The notes under the pieces were generated by a model that did no database searches, was not told where the DNA came from, and saw nothing but the letters and a program-made list of their open reading frames with translations. From the NCBI RefSeq assembly GCF_006345805.1, contig NC_043005.1, positions 45,322,001 through 45,386,000 on the forward strand: a stretch of 64,000 nt of DNA. Reading direction: 5' to 3'. Shown here in pieces: positions 37,557-51,966 of the stretch (the first letter of the stretch is position 1; each line of letters begins with the position of its first letter). The position numbers and the translations under genes were made by a program. Origin of the DNA: Octopus sinensis (taxonomy: Eukaryota).

Positions 37557-37663
37557 ACTGAGGCTGCAGTAAAAGACACTTGTACAAGGTGCCATGCAGT
37601 GGGACTGAACCTGGAACCATGTAGTTGGGATCAAGTGTCTAACCATACAACCATGCCTGCACC
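37557..37663 (-). mobile_element. SINE B head, right flank of PLE-2
   Basis: GACACTTGTACAAGGTGCCATGCAGTGGGACTGAACC matches the reverse of the B head. Confidence 0.7.
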
Positions 37664-37700
37664 TTTTGTTAAATGAAATTGAACTACATTTCTTGTTTAA

Positions 37701-37883
37701 CCCTTTAGCATTTAAACCAGCCATACCCAGGCAAAATATTCTACCTGTTTTACTTTCAAATTGATCAGATCTGATTTCTCACATCTGTCCTACAATGTCA
37801 TACTAAAAAATTAACAGTTGCCTCATCAAAATCTCATAGCTACAAAACAATGATTGATTCAAAACAATGTGAATGCTAAAGGG
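37701..37883. mobile_element. Family E MITE just upstream of the zinc-finger exon
   Basis: TTAA|CCCTTTAGCATTT ... GAATGCTAAAGGG|CTAA. Confidence 0.75.
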
Positions 37884-37920
37884 CTAATAACAAATTACAT
37901 ATAAATGTTTGATATTCTGG

Positions 37921-37964
37921 TTTTCTCTGTTTACTCACATATTTTTTTTTCTCTTATCTTTCAG
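37921..37964 (+). other. Splice acceptor of the coding exon
   Basis: TTTTTTTTTCTCTTATCTTTCAG| at 37964, 16 nt upstream of the ATG at 37981. Confidence 0.7.
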
Positions 37965-37980
37965 AAATTCCAAGAGCAAG

Positions 37981-39630
37981 ATGAGTGTGGTTTCCACATC
38001 TCCAAATAGCAGTTATCCTCCTGTTAAAGAACCTAATAATTTGATGTGTCGATACTGTGCTATGCAGTTTGACACGGAGGATGAGCTCAATGCTCATGTA
38101 CTTTCACATTCACGTGGGGCTGCTCCTTTGAAATGTACACTGTGTGGTCAAACATACCGCACTTCATCAAAACTTCAACGTCACATACGGGTACATAGTG
38201 GAGAAAAGCCATACATCTGTCATATATGTGGACGCCGATTTTCTCGCTCGGATCATCTGAAACAACACTCAAAAGTGCATTCTAACCACCGAACGAAGAA
38301 TACTTGTAGAATCTGTAATGCAAGGTTTGTGGCCTCCCATCTATTAAAATCTCATCTACGTAGTCATGGAATAAAATCTGTCCAGACGTGTGAAACCTGT
38401 GGAGAGGCATTTGAAACTTGCATCGAATTAGAAAAACATCAAAAGTTACATGAAGTAAAACAAAGTACGGTTGCGAAAGTACGGAGAAAAAATAGCCTAA
38501 CTCCTGAAGAAGTGTCAAATGGTGATACTGAAACAACAACTGAAGAGCCACCTGTTATTGAAGGTGCAAAATGGACTGGCTGTGCACGTTTCTGTTTGGT
38601 AAGCTCTCAACCAGCAGAAAATGAAACAAGCACCTATAGCATTGAAACAGTTGAAAATAGTGAAAAGGGCTGGATGCAAATCCTTGGCCAGCTAGCAGAA
38701 GCTGATTATGCAGAACACAATGCTGCCAAGAGTGAAAATTTAAATGAAACTGTTGTAAACTATGACGTGTCCCAGAAATCCAGCACTATTCACAGCACTA
38801 ACTTAGAAGAGAATAATAACCAAATGTTAGAGACTAAGGAAATTAGTGATCAAATAAATGACTCCAGCACAAAAAGTCCTAGTCCTCTTCTAACTATTCA
38901 AGAATCTGCTAATGATGATGATGATTTTGTTGATGAGGAAGAGGAAGAGGAGGATAATGAACATTCAGAGGAGATAATAAAATCCTCAACTATTAAACAT
39001 GAGCCTGGTGGTGATATTGAAGAAGAGGAGGAAGGTGGTGAGAATGATGACGAAGAAGGGGAGGAGGATATTGAACCAAACTGTGATGAGCTATCTTGTG
39101 ATGAAAGAATGGAAGTGATAGAAGCAAGTGAGGAGTTTAGTGATGATGAATCAACAAATACTGCCCTAAAAGTTTGTTACTCACTGGTAGGCAGTGGGGA
39201 AGAGTTTGAGAACATAGAAGCTGAAACTATTACTGATGGTACCAAAATGTTTGTTGTACCTAGCACTTCTGACTTTGAGAAAAATGACCAAGAAGAGGAT
39301 ATTTCTGATAACATAAGAAATGGCGAAGTAGATTTTGATAACCAACAAATCAGTTATACAATTAGTTTGGTTGACAAGCAACCTCTGGAAAGTGATCAAA
39401 CTGCCAACAACAGCAGAACCGGACCATTTCAAATTGGTAACAAAAAAATCAGCAATTGCAAACATTGCGGGATTTGGTTTGAAGATTTTGCTATCTACAT
39501 GTTACACAACAGTCTACACCTTGGAAATGATGATCCATTCACCTGTAAGAAATGCCTTAAGAAACTAGGTAACCGCCTGGAATTTATGGCACATCTTATG
39601 TGGCATCTGGAGCCACCTGTGTCCGCATGA
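37981..39630 (+). CDS. C2H2 zinc-finger transcription factor, 549 aa: 5 N-terminal fingers, acidic linker, C-terminal Ikaros/Hunchback-type finger pair
   Basis: Long uninterrupted ORF with five CxxC-x12-HxxxH fingers, an HSGEKPY linker and an E/D-rich middle. C-terminus CKHCGIWFEDFAIYMLHNSLHLGNDDPFTCKKCLKKLGNRLEFMAHLMWH. An upstream exon could extend the N-terminus. Confidence 0.95.
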   Translation: MSVVSTSPNSSYPPVKEPNNLMCRYCAMQFDTEDELNAHVLSHSRGAAPLKCTLCGQTYRTSSKLQRHIRVHSGEKPYICHICGRRFSRSDHLKQHSKVHSNHRTKNTCRICNARFVASHLLKSHLRSHGIKSVQTCETCGEAFETCIELEKHQKLHEVKQSTVAKVRRKNSLTPEEVSNGDTETTTEEPPVIEGAKWTGCARFCLVSSQPAENETSTYSIETVENSEKGWMQILGQLAEADYAEHNAAKSENLNETVVNYDVSQKSSTIHSTNLEENNNQMLETKEISDQINDSSTKSPSPLLTIQESANDDDDFVDEEEEEEDNEHSEEIIKSSTIKHEPGGDIEEEEEGGENDDEEGEEDIEPNCDELSCDERMEVIEASEEFSDDESTNTALKVCYSLVGSGEEFENIEAETITDGTKMFVVPSTSDFEKNDQEEDISDNIRNGEVDFDNQQISYTISLVDKQPLESDQTANNSRTGPFQIGNKKISNCKHCGIWFEDFAIYMLHNSLHLGNDDPFTCKKCLKKLGNRLEFMAHLMWHLEPPVSA

Positions 39631-40252
39631 GCTGATCAACTAGCTTTTTACTTATTTAGAGGACTGCACTACAATAAATTGACTGGTTCTGTTGGTAAAA
39701 ATGTAACCTACAAGCTGTATATCTCACTCAAGAGATCACAATTTTCACCCTATTTCTCGAGCCATAATATTTGTCTATTATTTACACCTTCCGTTATCTT
39801 GCCTGTAAACAAAAGATCATCAAGTATGGAATCACTTTGACGGCTGTTAATCCAGAGCAAATTTTAAAGTTTCTTTTCAGTTTTATTTAAATAGCTATTT
39901 CTTCTTTGTCACATCTTTCTTCTTCTTTTTCCTCTTCTTCATCTTCTTCATCTTATATATAATTTGCCCTAGATTACTGTTATTCTACACCAGTTTCTTT
40001 ATTTTGTTCTATTGAATCAGTTAAATAGTATATTAACTTGCAAATTGTTGACCTTCAGTTTTATGAAAAAAAAAAGTCTATTCTCTTGTTGACCTATTGA
40101 AAATTTTATTTCATTTTTATTTATTTATTTTTAATTTTTCTTTTTAATTGTGTCTTTCCATTTTTAGAAAACCTATATTTCAGAAAGAAAGGAACTAGTA
40201 TTTTTATTGTTAATATTGTTATTAGCCTTGTGCCAAGGAAAAAAATTATTAC

Positions 40253-40285
<33 letters not shown>

Positions 40286-40957
40286 CATTATTATTATTAA
40301 AGAATTGACAAGGAAGCGAATTTCAACTACTTTTGCATATTAATTTTATTTTTACCTGGACACCACTTCTCTTGTATCATATTTCCCAAATAATTCCTAT
40401 CACTATGTCAGATGAAGTTAAATATTCCTCAATCGGAATATAAAGTTATCACATTTACTGTTTCCCAGTTTCAACATTGTATCATATTTCCTTGAGATAA
40501 TTCTAAAACTGATTTCTTTTAAATTGATGTAAAACAAAACAAAATGAAACAAAGGCATATATAAAAAAAATATATAAAAAAATTTATTTAAAACCATATT
40601 TATTTATTTCTGATAAATTTTAGGGTAAACATTCAGTAGGTCACTCCAATCCTTCTGCTTTCTAAATTGCTTGAGAATATTGGCAAATTAATCATTGCCA
40701 AGCAATATAAATAACAATACAATACCAAACTTATGCTATTTCAAAGGGTCTGTTTCTTGAGAGATGCTACCAATGTCAGTATGAATCCCTTTGCATACTA
40801 AACTAACTGGAACCTTTTGGTGGTTCTGCTAAAAAAGAGAAAAAGGTTTAAAAAAAGAACAAGTCTGTACCAGTGTGTCTTTATTGTACTGTTTCAGTTT
40901 GAAAGCTAAAGCAATACATGACTGTGGCTACCATAAGTCATATATATATATATGTAA

Positions 40958-41003
<46 letters not shown>

Positions 41004-44000
41004 AAAGGGCTTAGTAGTGTGTGTGTGTGTGGATATATATGTGTGTATTTATATATATGTGCACATATATATATGTACACACATGTATATATTATACATA
41101 TGTATGTATATGTATGCGTGTATATATATATATGTATATGTGTGTATGTATATACACACAACACACACACACATGCACACACACAAAATAAAACTCAGGA
41201 GAGTAAAACATGTCAGCCATCATGTTCAAAGTGATGCCTTTTTCCACAGTTAGATATTCAACCATTTTTTTTTTCTTTTTCTTAAATCAGATTTCCTAAA
41301 ACAAACAAAAAGAAAATACTACATTTAGAAACTTATAACCAATTAGTGAAATTGCTTATTTAGCTGCTATTATTTTAGTTTATTGTTGTTATTATTGTTA
41401 TTGTTATTATTACTATCATTATTGTTCCATTTGTCTTTCTTTCTGTCAATCATTATTATTAGTATTATTTTTATGATTATCATTATTATTTTGTTTTTTC
41501 TTTTTTTTTAATATCTTTAATTCTTGGACATTTTATCTCTTCTGTGTTGTAAATACACATTTTACACATACACACATCTTTTAACATAGGTTTATGAAAA
41601 ATTGAAGAAAAGAAAAAACAACCAAAAAAACAAAAGAACTTTTCAAAATTAAAATTTAAAAAAAAACAAAAAATGTAATTTAATATTTAATAATTTAAAG
41701 AAAGACCCATAATCATGTCACTCAAGATGTATCTCAGACTTGAGAGAGTGGCCAAAGAAAAAAAATAAAATCTGAATATTTTCAATTTAATGGTTTCTTA
41801 AAACTAAAGATGTGTTGTCGTTGTGTGTATATGTGTGCACATATATATATACACACATACACAGAACACATACAGAGTTACACATACACACATACAAACA
41901 CATACGCACATGTTTTAGGCAGTTATCTTTGTTTTATTCATGTTCAGAGTCATTTTCAAGCTTTCTTTTTTTTCTCTGCCTTTCTCTCTCCCTCTCTCTC
42001 TCTCTCTTTGTCTTAGTCTATCTATCTATCTTTCTTGTCTATCTCTCAAGATTAACAGCTTGGTCAGCTTTCAATCAAAGCATTGCTTTTTTTTTTTTTT
42101 CTGTCTCTCCCGCTCTAAAGAAATCCTTAACAAACGATTTTTTTTTCATGATTACAGCCTTCTGGAAGTCTTAGGAATTAAATAATAAGGAAAAAAAAGT
42201 ATGTTTCTATTTTCAAAGCTGCTTCAAAACAACGAATATTAACCAACTGTTAGGGTTTTTAACAACTGTGCTTGACATTGACTTTCTGGTATCTTGATGG
42301 TTGGGTTTGTCTTTTGAATATACTACTGTAGACCTACTGAAAATATCTTGAAGAAAAGCCATTTTGTCTTCATTTATGTTTTTTTTTTCTTCTTCTGACA
42401 TATTCTTTTCAAGTTATTCTTTTTAGAAAATATAGTTTATACTGTCTTCCATCTATTTTTCCCTATTGGTGGTAGCCCAAATTATTTCTCCCCAATCAGC
42501 AAAATCTCTTTATAGAAAACTACTTCATCAATTTGCATATAGAAATTTGAAATGTTCAGCTGTTAGATGAGCTTTTCAATATCTTATTTTTTAAAATGTT
42601 ATGTGAAGATATATGAAGTTGTAATATTTTAAGAGTTTATTGAATTCTCAAATGTTAATTATTTCCAGTTAAATTTTATCTAATTTTAGAAATGTAATAT
42701 ATTTTTTTTTATTTTCATTTTTTTCCAGACAGAATGATGATGTAATTTTTTTCATGTCAACCAGTTATAAAAACGCTGATTCAAGATGTAGTCAGCCCCT
42801 AAATTCAACTGAAATTAGGAGAATTTCCTATTTAAAACCTACCCTTATATCATTATTACTAATGTCTAATTGTAGGGTTTTTTTTTGTTTTTTTTCCCTC
42901 TCATTTGGTTTTACAGTTTTATACCTGTGTACATACAGGGTAATGATTACTAGTGATTAATCAAACCGAGGCCTTCTTTTTAGATTAATTTTCCTGCTTT
43001 TTATAGTCTTCTGTATCAATTATATTACAAAAAAAAAATGTGAAAGCTTAAGAAATTTTTGTCGTATTATTTTAAGGTTCTATTTTTATTCTTCCTTTTT
43101 AAACTTTTGTCTTCTGAAATGTTCTGTTCCATTCTCAACAGGAACAATTCCTGTTTGGAACTGAGCCATGTACAGTATTTGTGACATTCATTGTTACTGA
43201 CCTCATCCTAATTAATGACAGTTAGCTATATATAAAAGATAAAGAGTTATAATGACTCACTTTAATCTCAACTAACAGATACCATCTTATAAACTGACTC
43301 CTTATTCTGCACAACGTTGTTTAGTATCACCTCCAATTCACTCATATAAACATATAAGCTTGGTGATGGAAAAAAAAAGTAACTTTTTGAAGAAGTCTTC
43401 TTTCTCTACAGGCTGTGTATTTTCCATTTTGGAATCACCATTAGGATTCTGTAAAATAATGGTAATTCTGACTTAAGATGGAAGTATTTTATTTTTGCAA
43501 TCCCCAAATTTAATTTATAATTTGATTTAAAAGACAAAGGAATAAACTGTATATATATATATTTACTGTCTATTTAATTGTGGCAGTTCTTAAAAATAAT
43601 TATACACTATCTGTTTTGCCTTTACTTTTTGGCTCTTCAACTCATATCCCCCTACTTCACTATTTTAGTTAATTCTGCAAACTGATGCTGTGAAATATGG
43701 AAACCACAAAGCAAAGGAAGTTATAAAAATAAGAATTTTAGAACAATAAATTGCTTAATATTTCTTTTGTTTATGTATAATGTTGACCATGTTATGTATT
43801 AGATCTCTAAACTTTAAAAATGACTTTTTTTTTTCAAATTTACTTGGTTTGGGTTCTGAAAATTAACGCAGAACCACGAAACCACAAGCTGTTGCCCTCC
43901 TCTATTTGAAAAAAGAAAATAAACCAACATTTGATTTAAACTTGTTAGGAACAAGTTAGCTTCTACATGGTGACCCAACATGCTAGAAATAACAGCTAAA

Positions 44001-45516
44001 TTCCTTCAACTACACCCTGCCATTTTAACAAAAAGGCACATTTTATGATGTCTGTATTATACAAAAAAAAAACAAAACTGATGTGATAGTCACAGTTGTA
44101 ATACCTTTGATCAAGTAAAATCTGGGACTAAACTATAACTTGTCAGGACAGCTGTTTCTGTTTACAATTGACAATGGTATTTTTTGGATGCTAAATCCAG
44201 ACAAAACAAGCTAAAAATAATTTTATTTCCAGTTTGTAAAATATTGTTTTAAAATGTATGCAATTAACACATAAATGACCACATTATATAATTTATATAG
44301 TGTCTAGCTAACCAAAATTCAATTCCTTATGTGCAACAGACATGATTTCATTTCATAATAATTGCTGTTCTGTGTACACCTGCATTATTCACCACTTTCT
44401 GTTGGAATCTTAATTTGGTCAACATCTATATCTATTCAACTCTGAAAAAATTACGCAATATTATTGCTCTTGACATTATTTAAAGCAATTGTTATGGCAA
44501 TACTTATAATTATTTAGCTTCTTACTTCTTGATTAACAAGAAAGTTTTAATTACATCCCAAACTGGTCAAACTACTACTAATTGCAGTTTTATGGAGCTG
44601 TAACATATGTTGACCTTCCAATGTTTGGGCATTTTTCTCTTCTTTTTTTTTCTTTTCTTTTTCTCTCTTATCTTCTTCAGACTACAGCATTCTGAATGAA
44701 TTCTTTTAATCTTCTGATCTTTTAAACCATTATCATTTTCTTTTAATTCGTTCGCTCTGTGCTTTCTGTTTTTGTCCCTAACCTACATAGGATGCTTAAA
44801 TATTTCAACATCTTTTGGATATGAATATTGTATGTTTTTGTTTGTTATTATTATCAAATCATTTCAGGTTCAAATCTTTGAACTGTTTTACAGATAACAT
44901 TTATGTCTTAATATTAAATGCCTCTTTTTTTTTTTTTATGTGGCTTCCTAGCATAGACTACTATTTTCTTCTCTTTGTAACATTCTGTGATATATTTCCA
45001 TAGTATATTGGTACAATTTAGCATGCCCACACTCACAGCCACTCTGAAAAACATAACATTGAATTCATTTAATTTTCTCATATTTTCTTCATGAGTTTTG
45101 CTGTAAATTAATGAGAATTGGAAGCATTTCATGGAATGCTCAGTATGAGGTTATGAGTTCTAACTTTTCTTCAGCTCATGGCCTCAGCCGGATGGCTGAA
45201 ACAAGTAAAAGAGTAAAAGAGTAATGCAAGAGAAATTATCTGCTGCAGTTGTTTCTGTACAAATGCCTAAATTTGTAGAACTTTGCAACTCATGCTAGCA
45301 AGTGATAAAAAAATTCCATGATATCTTGATGGATCTATGTGATAATGATTATTTGCAGTGCTGTTGATGCTTGTCAGTGTTAACTACAAAATAACTCTTA
45401 GAGTTTAGTGGATGAAAATGAAGTAGTATTCTGTTGGGCTATTATGCTATAACTTACAAAGCCTATCTTTTGAAAGATTTGATAAGTTATTTTTGTGTCT
45501 TGATCATAGTTATATA

Positions 45517-45560
<44 letters not shown>

Positions 45561-47415
45561 CATAATTATCATTGAATTATATGGAGTATGGTAGCAGTAA
45601 CTATTGTTTTTTTTTTTCATCTTCACTATTACATAATGTGATGAAATGGCATCTCAAGTAACTGCATGAGTATCTAGCTAGAAAATCTTGTAACTCGTAT
45701 GACCAATATAACAAGTGGAAAATTGAAACTGACAATTTGTAAATTAGTACAGTGACGTTAGTCATTTGGAACAAGTTACAAGCTTTATCAGTATATTCAT
45801 GTTTTTCATATTTATTGAATTTTTGTACTAACAAAACATTAAAAAAAAATTGTTAGGAAATATGAGAAAATTAAAAATGAATACATCATACTTAAATGTA
45901 ACTGTATATTCACTTTCAAATGTTTCACTGAAATGTTATGGTTGCTTATATACATATGCATACATATATATATACATGTGTATATATATTTATATATATG
46001 TATATATATATATATATATTCTACATATGTATATGCTCATGTGTGTATATATTTGTGTGTGTGTGAGCATGTTTGTGTGTGTGCATTTAATGATTATATA
46101 TGTTGGTGTGTATATTCAGTGTTCGTGTATATGTGTGTATCTAAATATATATATATGATATATTGTGTATATATATATATATTCATATATATATATATAT
46201 ATATATGATGATGATATATATATGTATATATATGCATATTTTCTAATTTGCACATATCTTACATATCTTCTACCTTATATTCACAGCTATTTTACCGTAT
46301 ACTAATAAAGTGATGATTTTTTTAATTATTTCTCTTATAACATGTAAAAAATAAAAAAAGCAACTAGCTAATTTAAAACATGTATACAGTAAGAAGAATT
46401 TTCATCAATTGTTCTCATAATTTTTCATTTCATCTCACAAATACCATTAGTAAGTTATCATAACAAGCATCTGTGGTGAGTCCTAATATTATGTATTGCT
46501 TAGATGTATAAATAACTAATTAAGCAGTAAAGAGTGCTTTTAGAAATATTTTTTCGTACTTATATATATATATATATATAAAAAGAAAGCAACAGAAAAA
46601 ATGTTTGCTCATTTTTTAAATATCTTAATAACTTCTGATCGGAGTGAGTGGGAGAATATTTGTCAAATAAAATATCTGGAGATAATTTGGAAGATATTTC
46701 AATTCTTCATGATAAAATAGAATAATTTTTTTAGATTTTTTTTTTATGTATTTGAAATTGATAATGCAATTTTGGTTTGAGTTACTGTATTAAAAAAGGA
46801 AAAAACACAGAAAAAAAATCAAGCTAAACAAAACAAAAAGCAAAAAGGAATCTGAATGCAAAATATCAACTTATTCTCTTTGTTTTCTCATTCTCTGTAC
46901 CAGGATGTATTCTGTGCAGCTGGTCTGAGTCAATTTCTTTTAAATGCATATTCACGAAAAATTTTCTAAAATCAATTACCATATACTTGTGTGTGCGTGT
47001 GTATTCCATCTGTATCAAAGCATATTGGTCATTCATCACAAAGCATAGATACTTCAATTTTTATACTTAATTAAGTGTATGACTTCCCTTTGGTTAATGT
47101 GCAAATTGTTGCTTATAAATATTAGTTATTTTGGGGAGCTTGACTCTGAAATCACTGCCTCTATCTTATAACCTTTTGGATCTCATTAATCATATATAAC
47201 TACTATCTATTCATTTAGCTCCCATTTATATTCACTTGTATACTTTCCAACTTGTAATTCACACTACTGCGCTAACATATAAGACTCTTTTATTGCATTC
47301 ATCTTTCTTACATATGTGCAAGGATGTGTTTGCTCACACATATACACACATATGTATATAAATACACACACACCTATTGTGTCTGGAGATGACATTCAGT
47401 TGGATATTTGAATGG

Positions 47416-47447
<32 letters not shown>

Positions 47448-49861
47448 CATCAACTATATTATCCCTACTTGAACACATTATTATATTACATGGGGGTTCC
47501 TTCATTGCTCTCAGCTGTGATTTGTGTTAAACTTACAGGATGTAACAAATTGAGTGGCTTCCATCATCTAATTTACTCTTTGGCAGGAAAGAAATGGCAC
47601 TTCATAGCAATTTGAAAGTTGCTTTATATATTTTATACTTGTCCAAAATTGTTATAGAAAATACCTAGGATTACTTTGTTTCTTTTTGTTGTTTTTTTTT
47701 TCTTTTCAAATCAGCTGTTTTGTTTATTATTTTTTAAATTGTTGCTTTGAGAACTATTCTTTAGTATTAGAAATACTAGGCATTATTAAATTTAGAATTT
47801 TGATTAAGTGAAATTTTATTGATATATTTGAATCCTACTATATAGAAAAGTAACATATCACACTGAAAATGCCCTCAACTTCATTTCTGATCCATTAATT
47901 CATCTTTTCAACTGGGGACTTAATATCATCTGCATACTACAAGTAGATCAAGAAATACCAGATTTTTGCAGTGTAAGATTTATAAATCTATTTCAAGAGT
48001 ATTTTTTATCTATCTTCTATTATTTTAGTGTTAAAATGATATGGACTATTATTTTTTTTAAGCTTGATTAACTTAGGAAAGAAAATAAAGATCATTAATT
48101 TTCTATTTTCAGATCCTACTTTAGCATCTATATTTACCACAGTATTTATTATTTCCTTTTATCTAAAGGAAATAAAATTATTTCATTTTTGATTTCTTTT
48201 TCCTGGTTGTTATTTTTTTTTTACCCTTCCCTACTGCTCCTTCTTTTAAAAGTTTCATGCAAGAAAATATACTTGCCCTTTGAAATCAGCTGAACTGTGA
48301 AAGTTCTATAATTCAGCGTGCGGTGTCTACTGCTTAAGTGCAGCTAAAATGCCTTATCAAGTCGACAATTCCTATATTAGGCTTATCATCACAAATTTAA
48401 CACTGCCTTTCAAGCAGTAGGTTGCCTTCTGCCGTATGTCAAAATTGATCATTTCTCTGCACTCAGATAGTTTACCTATCGACATGTGGCTAAATTAAAA
48501 TTGCTACTTTAGATATTATAGATGCTGTTTTGTTTTTATTTCATTAGCAAGACATTTGAATTGCATCTAATTAATACTTTGATATAACTAATTAATATAT
48601 TCATATAACTGCTTGTTTGTTAATATTCCCTCTTATCAATGCAGAAAATTTAGATTGTATTTACATACATTTTCTTAGTGTATGAAATCTGTGCTTTGAC
48701 TTGACCAAATGGAATTTTATCAAGAATAGTGTTTGGTATGAAGTTATGATTACAGATTCATGAATTGGTATATCTGATACTCTTGTCATTGTTATTATTA
48801 TTATTATTATAATTATCTCCATCATCATAAGCAAGACAGTTAATTATCTCTGCTCGCTTAAAATCTTCATGCTTGTGTACTTCGTTGTTTTCTACTTTGA
48901 ATAATGTCAGTATGTCTGTTTTCTCTTCAAAATAAAATGAAAATTCTTCCTTAAATGAAAGTTCAACGCAATACTATCCTTACAGTGATATTTTCTTATT
49001 AATTGCCCCACCCCTCACCATTCACATACCTGTGTATTGTATGTACCATTTATTCTCTACATATTATTCTATATCCTTAACTTTTGCTCTTCCTTATGTA
49101 AAAAAAAAGCAAAAAATTTATAAAAATTAATCAATCTGGTTTATGGAACATTCTTGAAACAAAAAATCAAATGTAACTGACCTTGATCATAATCTTTTGT
49201 CACACACATATGTATATGTATTTACGTATGTATATATATATATATAACACATTTCAACATAGCATGTGAACTGGTTATTATGTGTATGGTATTTTGGGTT
49301 AAAATTAAATTTAATGAGCTTTCATGATCAGGAACTGGATTCATATATGGTTTCAAATGTTCTTGTGACACTCTTCACGAGTAGTTAACCCAAATCAGCA
49401 TCCATAGTTAGACTAAGTATGTTTACATACACATAATATAATATATATACATATATATATATGTATGTATGTGTGTATGTGTGTCTTATGTATGTTTACC
49501 ATGTGAAATAATGCTATGTAGTCCTTGTAACCCACAGCATTTACGTGTCAAAGATTTGTTTGCAATTGTGGGATATTTTGATAAATGTTATTGCATTCTC
49601 TAACTAGTTGCTCATGATGAACAATAGCTGGTCTTAGATTGTTTTGAACAGCTTGTTATCTCTAGTTATAACAACACATTTGAGTAAAAAAAATTTCCTT
49701 TTCTTTTTTTTCTTTCTTTTTTTTTTTAATCAATACATAAAAATGTGTAATTTTTATATAAACTTCAATCTGGAAATAGTTACATACGATTTAACATTTT
49801 TGCTCTGACAATTTGCCTTTATTTGATCCCATACAAAGAAACTAACTCACTCTCTCTCTCT

Positions 49862-50900
49862 TTCTCTCTCTTGCTTGCTTGCTTCTTTTCACTCTCTATC
49901 TCTTTATCACACACATACACACATATACAGCCTTGGGCTCTCTCTCTTCTCTCTTCTCTCTCTCCTCTTTCCATCCTTTCTACACCACTGCCAAACAAAC
50001 AAAAAAAAAATATGTCAGTTATTTTTCTACCTTAGAAATATTGAGTCCATTTAAGAATTCTATTTCCATTCTGTATAGATAGGACTAAGGATTTGCTGAA
50101 TTGTGTTCAAAGGTATATTTTGCTGGTCCATTTCTGCCACCTCACTGAATTTGTTGCCGAGAAAATGTATTTATATGGCAGGTTTTATGAATTACATCAC
50201 ATGATTTTGTCTTTCAATCTTTATACCAACTTTTAACAGACTTTTGCTTTTGGATGTGGAATTTTTATGATAAATATGTGTACATTTTTTTTAAAAATTT
50301 CCTTTTGTCTATAAACATCTCGTTAATTCCTGTTTAATTTTAAATATATAAATATATGTATTTTGTAATAATGTTTTTATCATTTCTCTTTAGATTTTTG
50401 AATATTTTCTCTTCAGTTTGTTTTTTGTTTTTTTTTCTATCTTGTAAAGATTATTTACTTGTTTAGTAATTGTCAATTTGTAGTCAGCCATTCATGGGTT
50501 TTCTATCACTGCCAATTAAGAAGATCTTGCACTGTTAATTAAATTTTAAATAGATCTCATCTCTTTTTCTCTCTCTTCTTCACATGCACACATACATACA
50601 TGCACATATATATATATGTATGTATACATACATATATATATACACACATATACACACGCACACACATGTACATATGCACTCTCACACACATCAGTCCTTC
50701 AGGCTTCTAGTCTGCTAATCAACCTTGCCTTCACAGTCAACCCCTCCCATGCAAATATCTTAAGAATCACTGACCAAGTGGAACATTAGCACCACAATAG
50801 ACATCCTCTACAGAATTGGTTTGCAACATTTTGTAACAACGATCCATTAGTGATATCTACACAGTTGGTAGGACCCCTTTCTGCAAGAATCATCTCCAGT

Positions 50901-50932
<32 letters not shown>

Positions 50933-51966
50933 TCTCTCTCTTGCTTGCTTGCTTCTTTTCACTCTCTATCTCTTTATCACACACATACACACATATACAG
51001 CCTTGGGCTCTCTCTCTTCTCTCTTCTCTCTCTCCTCTTTCCATCCTTTCTACACCACTGCCAAACAAACAAAAAAAAAATATGTCAGTTATTTTTCTAC
51101 CTTAGAAATATTGAGTCCATTTAAGAATTCTATTTCCATTCTGTATAGATAGGACTAAGGATTTGCTGAATTGTGTTCAAAGGTATATTTTGCTGGTCCA
51201 TTTCTGCCACCTCACTGAATTTGTTGCCGAGAAAATGTATTTATATGGCAGGTTTTATGAATTACATCACATGATTTTGTCTTTCAATCTTTATACCAAC
51301 TTTTAACAGACTTTTGCTTTTGGATGTGGAATTTTTATGATAAATATGTGTACATTTTTTTTAAAAATTTCCTTTTGTCTATAAACATCTCGTTAATTCC
51401 TGTTTAATTTTAAATATATAAATATATGTATTTTGTAATAATGTTTTTATCATTTCTCTTTAGATTTTTGAATATTTTCTCTTCAGTTTGTTTTTTGTTT
51501 TTTTTTCTATCTTGTAAAGATTATTTACTTGTTTAGTAATTGTCAATTTGTAGTCAGCCATTCATGGGTTTTCTATCACTGCCAATTAAGAAGATCTTGC
51601 ACTGTTAATAAATTTTAAATAGATCTCATCTCTTTTTCTCTCTCTTCTTCACATGCACACATACATACATGCACATATATATATATGTATGTATACATAC
51701 ATATATATACACACATATACACACGCACACACATGTACATATGCACTCTCACACACATCAGTCCTTCAGGCTTCTAGTCTGCTAATCAACCTTGCCTTCA
51801 CAGTCAACCCCTCCCATGCAAATATCTTAAGAATCACTGACCAAGTGGAACATTAGCACCACAATAGACATCCTCTACAGAATTTGGTTTGCAACATTTT
51901 GTAACAACGATCCATTAGTGATATCTACACAGTTGGTAGGACCCCTTTCTGCAAGAATCATCTCCA

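Noticed and set aside
37909-37980. 24-aa N-terminal extension of the zinc-finger ORF
   Set aside because: Starts at TTG and runs through the polypyrimidine tract; it is intron sequence upstream of the acceptor at 37964.
46866-47057. MVIDFRK peptide resembling an L2/Rex1 RT motif
   Set aside because: An isolated 7-aa match with no flanking RT similarity.
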